Below are positions 1 to 8,400 of a stretch of 64,000 nt of DNA, one piece after another; within the stretch, counting starts at the first letter, position 1, and every line of letters starts with the position of its first letter. Where the stretch lies: IMG/VR virus record IMGVR_UViG_3300048598_000595; one strand, given 5' to 3'. Made by a program: the position numbers and the translations under genes. The notes below the pieces were generated by a model, which had not been told where the DNA came from, did not search any database, and was given only the letters and a program-made list of their open reading frames with translations. Origin of the DNA: an uncultured virus (IMG/VR IMGVR_UViG_3300048598_000595). Lineage: Duplodnaviria; Heunggongvirae; Uroviricota; Caudoviricetes.

Positions 1-879
1 CTATTTATGTGGATACAATACAATATTTAGTTGTGTGCCAGGGAAAATAGCATTATTAGTACGTTTTCTCTCTTCCGGAAGAACAGCTAAAGTCATCCAG
101 CCGGATCTAATGGAAAACAATCCTGATTGCTCATTACAAATTTCTCTAATTCGTCTAAGACCATTCCCTCCCCTTTTCCCTTTCCTCCCACTAAACCCAT
201 CTAACGCTCTTTTTATAAAGATATAATCAGCATCCCCTAGGTGGGGATAGCGTTGAGACAAATGTGCAGGTATGCCAATACCATTGTCACCAATAGCAAT
301 ATGTACCAACCTTTGTGCATTTTCATAGTCATACGTCTGAACTACACCATAGGTTTGCCCCTGGCTATGTTCAACACCGTTAGAACAAGCTTCCAGGACG
401 ACTGTACTGACTTTTCCCCTATACATAGCCATTTCATCTCCTGGATAATTACGTAATAACACCTCATTCAAATGAATAATAAACTGCTCAATATCCACTA
501 GTTCTTTCATTTCAGTTAAAACAACATACTTATTGGAAGGTATGGATGATTTAGAAAAGAGCTTAAAACCTTTTGATTCTTCTGGAAGTATACAAATATC
601 ATCTATCAAATCATAAGTTGACATTAATTTTAAATATGAATCGACATTCGGTGCAATTTTATCTAGTCGAACTTTTATTTTTGTCTTTTCATAGACTATC
701 CGAATTGCAAGTACTAATAAAACCAAATCAATTGGTGCTAACCAACGTCCTCCTTCAAATGTTATTGTAACTTGATTTCCTTCGACTAATTTATTTAATC
801 TCCATGCTAACATATCAGCTTTATTAGTCCACGCAAGGTTTTGTTCGACTTTTATAACTCTCTGTACCATTTCAAACAA
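1..879 (-). CDS. STAS-like + GHKL/HATPase (anti-sigma-kinase-like) ATP-binding protein, outside prophage 1
   Basis: C-terminal E-x-x-x-N (LEACSNGVEH), DNGIGI and GxGL (GGNGL) boxes and a terminal FPGT motif; AT-rich. Confidence 0.7.
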   Translation of the reverse strand: MFEMVQRVIKVEQNLAWTNKADMLAWRLNKLVEGNQVTITFEGGRWLAPIDLVLLVLAIRIVYEKTKIKVRLDKIAPNVDSYLKLMSTYDLIDDICILPEESKGFKLFSKSSIPSNKYVVLTEMKELVDIEQFIIHLNEVLLRNYPGDEMAMYRGKVSTVVLEACSNGVEHSQGQTYGVVQTYDYENAQRLVHIAIGDNGIGIPAHLSQRYPHLGDADYIFIKRALDGFSGRKGKRGGNGLRRIREICNEQSGLFSIRSGWMTLAVLPEERKRTNNAIFPGTQLNIVLYPHK

Positions 880-1267
880 GCTCCTATTGTAATTAAAAAT
901 CTTCTATATATTTCGCAAACGTAAACACAAACTCTACAGGCTTTTAGTTTTTATATTCGAAAGCGAATAACGAGCACATTTCCTCCTGTAAGGAATTGAA
1001 AGTTCATCATTAATTAATCCAAAATTACCTATTATGGTTAAACAATTCATTAACCCCTTATCCGGTTATCCATCATTTTGTCATTAAAATAATTCTATAT
1101 ACAAAGCTTAAACCCTTTGTGATAATAAGTAATTAAATGAATTTCAGAGATAGTTTATTAATAAAAGACAAAATATAAAGTTCGGCTTGGACTTGGAGAA
1201 GGACACGTACCAAAAGTTGTACCAAAACAAAAAACTGACCTAAAAGGCCAGCTAGATGACATATTTT

Positions 1268-1286
1268 TGGTGGAGGCGGGGCGTGC
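1268..1286 (+). repeat. Left att junction of prophage 1
   Basis: tggtggaggcggggcgtgc, 18/19 identical to 43753-43771; reverse complement ends CCCCGCCTCCACCA, like a tmRNA 3' end. Confidence 0.85.
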
Positions 1287-1346
1287 ACTTTCAAATCCAA
1301 ACTACCTTTTAAAGTTCCTTATAATAATAATAGACCGGCTCATTAT

Positions 1347-1378
1347 AAAAAAGCTCCGTAGATTAACGGAGCTTTTTT
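1347..1378. terminator. Bidirectional intrinsic terminator
   Basis: aaaaaa-gctccgt-agatta-acggagc-tttttt. Confidence 0.8.
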
Positions 1379-1438
1379 ATTATATGATTTTCTATTTTTA
1401 ATAATTCTTTTTTTCTATCTTTTAATTTAGTTGATACT

Positions 1439-1452
1439 AGAACATATGTTCT
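1439..1452. promoter_or_regulatory. Putative Firmicutes LexA (SOS) box
   Basis: Perfect palindrome agaacatatgttct matching GAAC-N4-GTTC. Confidence 0.5.
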
Positions 1453-1697
1453 GTGTTTGTTTGAATAACAAATAATGTCCAATAAATTCAGATAATCGCA
1501 AAAAATAAATTGCATTATATACCTCCCCTGGATTTTATTTGAATCAAACACCATTTTTATTATACCGTAAATTAAGATTAATTCAATCCTTAGTTTTTAT
1601 AAAAATAATAGTATCATGTTTAAATATTAAATATTACATTATTGGACATTTTTTATATTTAGTTCATGGGTAAACTTGTGGTTGGGCTATTCTTTCT

Positions 1698-2126
1698 TCA
1701 CAAAAAGAAACTGGCGATCGCCACCAACACAGCAATATTTCGTTGCCATTTTAAGCTAATGATTTGCCGCTGGCATTCCTTCAATAATTGCTTGTAATCG
1801 TTCAAGTCTTTTTCGATCTCCGCTTTCGCCTGCTTCAATTGCTCCAATGATATTTCCCTGCTGTTCGCTAAGTTCTCTAAGACGAAGATTCGTTTCTGTA
1901 AGTCGGCGTTGATCGTCTCTAAGTTCAGTAATTGTTCGTCGGTCAATTTCTTGCTGGCTTTCAAGCTCTCTAATTCGGAAGTCCGCTTGTCCCAGGTTTT
2001 TTGTAATTCGCTGATTAACTTGAGCGCTTTGGCCCGTGTCTCCTCGTTCATTGTATAATCCATAGCCCAAACCGGCGATAATGATAAGCAAAATAACAAT
2101 AATAGTGATATAAATCTTATGCACAT
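1698..2126 (-). CDS. Spanin-like coiled-coil protein with signal peptide and C-terminal hydrophobic anchor
   Basis: Last gene of lysis cassette; signal peptide ending PVWA; heptad coil; QRNIAVLVAI tail; homolog at 46738-47166. Confidence 0.6.
   Translation of the reverse strand: MCIRFISLLLLFCLSLSPVWAMDYTMNEETRAKALKLISELQKTWDKRTSELESLKASKKLTDEQLLNLETINADLQKRIFVLENLANSREISLEQLKQAKAEIEKDLNDYKQLLKECQRQIISLKWQRNIAVLVAIASFFL
1756..2124 (-). CDS. i-spanin (Rz)-like protein nested in an alternative frame
   Basis: N-terminal TM helix plus coiled coil; same-length homolog in the same overlap at 46796-47164. Confidence 0.6.
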   Translation of the reverse strand: MHKIYITIIVILLIIIAGLGYGLYNERGDTGQSAQVNQRITKNLGQADFRIRELESQQEIDRRTITELRDDQRRLTETNLRLRELSEQQGNIIGAIEAGESGDRKRLERLQAIIEGMPAANH

Positions 2127-2138
2127 TGTAAAACCTCC

Positions 2139-2723
2139 TTATTCCTCAATTAATATATATGGGATAACAGCCGTTTTCCATTGGTCACCAAATAACCGTT
2201 TTGCTTGTCCCACCATCGCCCCATAAAAACTATCCCATTGTTTTGGTGGGACGGTTTGGCAACCTTCCGATCCGGTCGTTGTCTCGCCACCGGCATGGAT
2301 GTTATCTCCAAACCAACCATCATCCTGGTATGGCCCTTCGACTCCATCCCGGATAACGGTCATTTCTCTTGCCGGGATAAGCGCTGGATAACTGCTTTTT
2401 GAACCGTGGTGAATCCCAAAAGTGTAATACCATAAACCCGTTTTCACCTGGCCCATGCCCTTGTGTTCTCCAGTGCCATATCCAGGCCGGTGTTTACTTG
2501 GGTCTGTATTAAAATTATATGGAGCAAAGAAACCGGGCGATATGATAAACGCCGCATCGTCATAAATACCCCAATCATTTGTCCCCGGTTCGCCCAGGGA
2601 GTTTTTGTAATATCCTCTGATAGCAGCGATAAATAAAGGATATTGTTTTTGGTCGACATTAAATTGTTTTATTCTCTCATTTAATTCCGCAGACGATAGC
2701 CGAGGTCGTGCATTTGGGATCAT
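2139..2723 (-). CDS. Putative endolysin with L,D-transpeptidase-like His/Cys motif
   Basis: Between holin and spanins; NIHAGG...SEGCQ motif; homolog at 47411-48010. Confidence 0.6.
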   Translation of the reverse strand: MIPNARPRLSSAELNERIKQFNVDQKQYPLFIAAIRGYYKNSLGEPGTNDWGIYDDAAFIISPGFFAPYNFNTDPSKHRPGYGTGEHKGMGQVKTGLWYYTFGIHHGSKSSYPALIPAREMTVIRDGVEGPYQDDGWFGDNIHAGGETTTGSEGCQTVPPKQWDSFYGAMVGQAKRLFGDQWKTAVIPYILIEE

Positions 2724-2735
2724 TTGCTGTTCCTC

Positions 2736-2951
2736 CTATTTTTGATCAATTTTAATTTTAATTTCTGTCACATCTTTTTGAATTAGATCTATGATATCCA
2801 ACTTATCGGCTAACTTATCGATGGTTGTCTGATACCGCCCTTCGCGCTTTGAATTTTCATTCAAAATCCACCAAAGCAGAAAAACAAATAGGACCGCAAA
2901 AATACCGTTAGGGATTGCCACTTTAATTAATTCTTCCAAAATAATCCTCAC
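2736..2951 (-). CDS. BhlA/UviB-family holin (likely start TTG at 2939)
   Basis: GIFAVLFVFLLWWILNENSKREGRYQTTIDKL matches the family pattern. Confidence 0.8.
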   Translation of the reverse strand: MRIILEELIKVAIPNGIFAVLFVFLLWWILNENSKREGRYQTTIDKLADKLDIIDLIQKDVTEIKIKIDQK

Positions 2952-2982
2952 CTTTCAAATTAATTAAATAAAATTTTTAATG

Positions 2983-3011
2983 TTGACAAAAAATACAATC
3001 AGCGTTACTCT
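2983..3011 (+). promoter_or_regulatory. Sigma70/SigA-type promoter of the moron gene
   Basis: TTGACA-17 nt-TACTCT followed by an AAGGAG RBS. Confidence 0.6.
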
Positions 3012-3032
3012 AAAGCAAAGGAGTGGTAAAAG

Positions 3033-3425
3033 ATGTTAAAAATATTTGGTTTAACTACCATTTTGATAATATTATTTACGGTGCCAGTTATGGCTGAGAA
3101 TAAATGGGAAGAAACTGACACCGTATTGATTTTGCTATGCGTCGCAGATTGGGCACAAACTAGGGATATCGCCACAAATCGTTCAGACCCTTGCATCACA
3201 TTCGACCAATCAGGTTTTACTTATAACGAAATTAATCCGATTTTGGGAAGACATCCCACACTAGAACAAGTTGATATGTATTTTCTAGCCTCAATCAGTG
3301 CTAATATATTAATTATCAAGTATGCCAATCCAAAAATAAAGAAATGGTGGACTATAATTGGCATCGCTACTGAAACCTATTTCGTTTCTCACAATGTTCA
3401 AATAGGTGTTAAATTTAAAATTTGA
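3033..3425 (+). CDS. Secreted/envelope moron protein convergent with tail fibre (candidate exclusion protein)
   Basis: Own promoter; signal peptide ...FTVPVMA; YNEINPILG motif; stop abuts the tail-fibre stop. Confidence 0.65.
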   Translation: MLKIFGLTTILIILFTVPVMAENKWEETDTVLILLCVADWAQTRDIATNRSDPCITFDQSGFTYNEINPILGRHPTLEQVDMYFLASISANILIIKYANPKIKKWWTIIGIATETYFVSHNVQIGVKFKI

Positions 3426-4883
3426 TCATTTGTAAAATAAACTAGTCATGACCCTTTTGGTGCCATCTTCTGCAACTGCCACAAATAATCCTAACTCCGG
3501 TGACCAACAGACTGAACGCCATGGATTATTTTCAGGAGATGTGCGCGAGATCCAATTAAGACCGTTGTAACTGATTGCAATTTTACCAAAAGGACCGGTT
3601 TGATATCCCACAGTGACAAACACTCCTAGCATAGAAGACCAAAAAACCGATGTCCATGCATTATTATCAATCTCTCTACTAGTCCAATTAAGACCATCCG
3701 GGCTAGTCATGACTCGATTTCCACTTCCTGAGGTTGCAACTGCCACAAATAATCCTAACTCCGGTGACCAACAGACTGAACGCCATGCGTTATCCGCAGC
3801 CGATGATCTACTAGTCCAATTAAGACCATCCGGGCTAGTCATGACTCGATTTCCCGTACCAGTATACGCAACTGCCACAAATAATCCTAACTCCGGTGAC
3901 CAACAGACTGAACGCCATGCGTTATCCGCAGCCGATGATCTACTAGTCCAATTAAGACCATCCGGGCTAGTCATGACCCTTTTGGTGCCATCTTCTGCAA
4001 CTGCCACAAATAATCCTAACTCCAGTGACCAACAGACTGAACTCCATGCGTTATCCGCAGCCGATGATCTACTAGTCCAATTAAGACCATCCGGGCTAGT
4101 CATGACTCGATTTCCACTTCCTGAGGTTGCAACTGCCACAAATAATCCTAACTCCGGTGACCAACAGACTGAACTCCATGCGTTATTTTCAGGAGATGTG
4201 CGCGAGATCCAATTACTAACAACTAACGTGATTGTGTCTAGCGCTGTTGTTGCCGTAGCCGCGTGCAAGTTCGGACATTCCGTGATACTCGTTACGCTTA
4301 TTGGTGCCACCCCGGTAGCAACATTTGAGATAATTTGAGTATTAAAATTGTTAGCACTGGACTCTAAATCTTGATTTATAAATCCGGTTCCACTTGCATT
4401 CCATAAAATAGCCTTTCCAGGAGCCGGAACCGGATAAGTATATACCCCACTATTTTGTGTAATATCAGCCACATTGGCTCGACGTACAACTTCGTTAATT
4501 TGCTGTATCATCATAGTTAGCCGGTCATACATATTTTCAAAAACATTCGCATCCCAATTTCCAACATTTCGTAGATTATTTGGCTGATCTAACGGTAATA
4601 CCCGTAATAAAGTTAACTTGTATCCGGTCGGCAAAACAGTACCGGATGGATACGGATATGTAACATGGCCACCGGTGCTGTAATCCAATGGATTATTCGG
4701 GACCACCTGGTACCCTGATGTCACAAGAGTGGTACTGCCTCCTAAATCTGTGATATACACTTTAACATCAGAAAGGGCAAAGATTGGAAAGTTATAATTG
4801 AACTGCGTAGTTACCCCGTTCCCTAAATATGGTCCTGCTTTATTGCTGGTAGACGTTACTGACATTGAATATACCTCCTTCAT
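3426..4883 (-). CDS. Tail fibre/receptor-binding protein: podovirus adaptor-binding N-terminus plus six 43-44 aa propeller-like repeats
   Basis: N-terminal YLGNGVTTQFNYNF...DRLTMMIQQ; repeats WSSVCWSPELGLFVAVA...VMTSPDG. Confidence 0.8.
   Translation of the reverse strand: MKEVYSMSVTSTSNKAGPYLGNGVTTQFNYNFPIFALSDVKVYITDLGGSTTLVTSGYQVVPNNPLDYSTGGHVTYPYPSGTVLPTGYKLTLLRVLPLDQPNNLRNVGNWDANVFENMYDRLTMMIQQINEVVRRANVADITQNSGVYTYPVPAPGKAILWNASGTGFINQDLESSANNFNTQIISNVATGVAPISVTSITECPNLHAATATTALDTITLVVSNWISRTSPENNAWSSVCWSPELGLFVAVATSGSGNRVMTSPDGLNWTSRSSAADNAWSSVCWSLELGLFVAVAEDGTKRVMTSPDGLNWTSRSSAADNAWRSVCWSPELGLFVAVAYTGTGNRVMTSPDGLNWTSRSSAADNAWRSVCWSPELGLFVAVATSGSGNRVMTSPDGLNWTSREIDNNAWTSVFWSSMLGVFVTVGYQTGPFGKIAISYNGLNWISRTSPENNPWRSVCWSPELGLFVAVAEDGTKRVMTSLFYK
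3440..4216 (-). repeat. Intragenic 129/132-bp near-identical tandem repeats
   Basis: ctactagtccaattaagaccatccgggctagtcatgac recurs at 3676, 3808, 3940 and 4069. Confidence 0.95.
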
Positions 4884-4890
4884 TTCGATC

Positions 4891-5382
4891 TTATTTTTTA
4901 GTATATTTACTCCAATTTAATTGCATAAAACCTCGTATTCCATTATTTGGGTTATAATCAGGGTAAATATGCCGATACGTTTGTTCCGCCTCAAGGAATG
5001 AATCTGCTTGTATTACGCCCTTAAAAGCCAAATATAACAATCCAATCGATGGAGACCGGCTTTCCCCAAGATTGCAATGCACTAAACATTTTTTATTATT
5101 GATTAATGCAGCATCGATAAATCGCAAAGATTCATCGATAATAATGTTGGGAATGTATTGTGGATTGTCTGCGTCCACAATATTTAAAAACAGCTGGTTA
5201 TCTCTTATTGCAAAAAAATATTCCGGATGATCTTTTGGAGCTCCTCGGCCAGTATAACCAAGCAGATCCCTGTGATATGGTTCCTTGCAAGCGTGAACAA
5301 TATGCCAATCGGGTTTGTCTTTTACTAATTCTTCATAATCGGTTTCATTTCCAATATATAGATTCTTATGGATTTCTAACAT
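4891..5382 (-). CDS. Dual-specificity/PTP-like phosphatase
   Basis: HCNLGESRS is the CX5R loop; RBS agaggaggga precedes ATG at 5382 (MLEIHKNLYIG). Confidence 0.8.
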   Translation of the reverse strand: MLEIHKNLYIGNETDYEELVKDKPDWHIVHACKEPYHRDLLGYTGRGAPKDHPEYFFAIRDNQLFLNIVDADNPQYIPNIIIDESLRFIDAALINNKKCLVHCNLGESRSPSIGLLYLAFKGVIQADSFLEAEQTYRHIYPDYNPNNGIRGFMQLNWSKYTKK

Positions 5383-5425
5383 GTCTGTTTTCCCTCCTCT
5401 CACATTGATACACTGTTTCCATCCT

Positions 5426-8400
5426 TTATCTCCGTTCAGCCGGCTTCGGGAAAAATACATCCTGCAAATAAAAATCTTCCCCATTGACGATGGCATCATA
5501 GACATTGCCCACGGTGATTTCGATCTGTCGTGACGGATACTTCAGCCAATATCCACCAAATTCAAACGCAGCTTTTCCGGCCTTGCCCCAGTCGATTTCA
5601 TCATCATTGACTGCTTTATTTACCGTGACGTTCCAAAGTTCCACGCCTTTTTGAAGCGCTGCCGCGCTTGGGGTCATCTCGTAACCACCAAATTTTCCGC
5701 CCAGAGCGTTAACTACATCCCGAACTACGATAAATGCACTGGCCGGATATTTCAACACGTTGGTCAAGGCCCATTTTGCCCATTTCATTTCATCCGGATC
5801 ATCTCCAGAAGGGCCCCTTCCGGCCAACAACTCACTGGCCAGAGCCGGGACGAACCACCAATAAATTGCGAATGATACCAATTGGCCGTATTCACCGCGG
5901 CGTTTTGCCCGTTGGACCGCTTCAATCTGTTTGTTGGCGTACACTGAAAAATAACTGTAAAATTGGGTCAATAATTTTTGTAATTCAGTCCCCCGCTGGA
6001 TAGCTGCCATATTGACCACATCACCAGACCCCTGGGTCTCCCGGATCACTCCGTCGGCATAACGGACCGCCATTTCCTCGTTAAGGCTCAGTATATCGTT
6101 TGGGTCCACTCCGTTCATCAAAGCAACTTCGCCAGCCTTCATCTGCTCGGCAATATTTTTGTCATAAGCGGCGATCCACCCGGGCACCGTAATCGCAAAG
6201 TCAAAAAGCCCAGTCAGTGCGAAATATGTATCAGTAATCTTGTCATAGGCGCTAGTGCTAATAAGCTTTTTGGTTGTATCCCGGATATCCCGGTCCCGGT
6301 CTTTCATCCGGTTCCGCATCATTTCCGACTTTTCAAAAACCTCCTGCGCTTTTTTCATTGCCTGCCCGGTTATGAGATCTTTATGAAACTCCAATACTGC
6401 CGAGAGCGTCCGCTTGTTTCCGACCTTCTCCATAATGGATGGCAGCCCCGCATACTGCGAAAATGCGGTGGTAAACTTAAAACCCATGTTAACAACAGAC
6501 GACCCCTGCCGGGCGCGGCTCAATAAATTTTCTACCGGAGTCATGGGGGAGCGGTATTCATAGCCAATATTCATCAGCCAGGGCCTAAACTGCTTGTATA
6601 CTTCATCGCCCATGGTTTCCTTAATAACCCTCATCACCTCGCGATGGTTCAGTAATCGGTCCACATCTCGCAGCGCATTGATGAAACTGACCATATGGAT
6701 CACATCGGCCAGGTGTTTATCAATTACCGATAAATGCAAATTAAGCGGCCGGTTTGCAACCATCTCCGATACTTCCTTGGTGAAACCGGTTTTGGTGGAT
6801 GGTTTTAAATAAGTGATTTCGGTCAGCCCTTTCAGGTTTTCTTGTTCACTCTGCCGGCTGGCCTGCTCCGAAAGCCGGGAATCATATTCGATATGAAAAT
6901 ACCCGCCCTTGTATGTCCCGTATTTGGTCACCACTTCGATGGTTTCCCGTTTCTTGGGTTCGATCCCCTTGCGGGCCTTTTCCACCTCGGCAATCATTGG
7001 CCAAAATTCCTCGATCATATCCCAGGTACCTTGGACAAAATTCCAGTCACTTTGGGTCATATGCCGGTCAAAAACGCTTTCAAAGGCCGCTTTAAGTTCC
7101 TTGCGCTTTTCATTCATAATCACTTTTCCAGGTCCAAGTTTATCAACATCGGCCTGATTTTCCCGCATAATGTCTTTGATGTCCTCATCGGTATACTGTA
7201 TTGTTTCCGAGTACGCATCCATCAGCCGGTTCCGGTTGTCGGTGGCGCCCCAATTAAGGGCCATCATCAAAATGTTTTCCTTAGTCACCCCTTTCGGAAA
7301 TATCGCATGGATCATCCCCGGGATATACAATTTTTTAGTAGCCAAATGGCTCAAGTCTTTTCCAAGATAATCCCGAAGTAATTTGGTATATTTTTCCCCG
7401 GCATTCCGGCGCAGAGTATACTCTTTATCCATGGCGCGCATCATGGGCAGTATCACATACCGCCATACCGGACCTTGGTCCTTATACCCATCCAAAGCCC
7501 GTACGATGTATTCAACTTTTTGATGGGACGCCACAAAACTGCGTACCGAATGCAGGATAGATTCTAATTTGGTCACATTGGGATCATAATTTTTCGGAAA
7601 AAGTTCTTTGTTCTCCCTTCGGATCCGGCCAGTAATCTCTTTGACAATAACCTGAAAATCCCGCTCTTTTTCATCGGTGAGTTGCCGTTTTTCGTTCCGG
7701 GCGATGGTCTCAATATTTTTGACTGCATCCACCAGGTCCCGGAGCTCCCCCAGGGTCAGATCTTGATAATTTTTTACAAATGTTTCGTTGGCGATGGTCT
7801 CCGGAATGGCGGCGTCATCCCATTGCTCCCGGGATTTAATCCAATCCGTCAACGTAGTTGGATCCTCCTGGACGTTCAAAGACGGCTGGGCCAGTTCAAA
7901 CCGGGCCAGGATTTTATCGATTTGGTTTGAGAATTCCTGACCAATTTCCGGCCGGCTTTTGCCGGTGAATTTATTGAGATACCGGAAACTTTTATCAATC
8001 TCTTTGGTAAGCTGCACCGCCTCCAGCGCCAAAGCGTGATTTAATAACCTTTGTTCTGCAAACCGATGCATTTCCGTAAAATTACCCTTTGCGTATTCCT
8101 GGGACTCCCTCACAGCCGCAACCCGTTCCGCTGTAAAATATGCCGTTGCCGCGGTCGCTTCTTGGTAAGGTTTTTCAGCCAGGACACTTTTGGCATATTT
8201 CCGGGCATTGGCCGCCAAGGACCGGGCGCGCTGTAATGATACCTGCCGGGAAAGTTGATTGGTTTCCTCCTGATGGATTAAGTCCTGTAAAATTGCCTTT
8301 TCGAGCGCCAACACATCCATTTGATCATCATTCCGTAATGCCGCTTCAGCCTCGTATTGAAACGCAGCTGTATCCTGATTTAAATCACCGTATCTACCCG

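Noticed and set aside
1200..1300. Full tmRNA or tRNA gene at the left junction
   Set aside because: Only ~14 nt of the 3' end match; no T-loop follows.
3613..4338. 241-aa plus-strand ORF
   Set aside because: Antisense shadow of the tail-fibre repeats.
3426..5400. Diversity-generating retroelement, suggested by BPP-1-like genes and fibre repeats
   Set aside because: No reverse transcriptase ORF in the window, and repeat differences are not adenine-specific.
4891..5505. 204-aa version of the phosphatase
   Set aside because: The extension overlaps the upstream gene; the strong RBS supports ATG at 5382.
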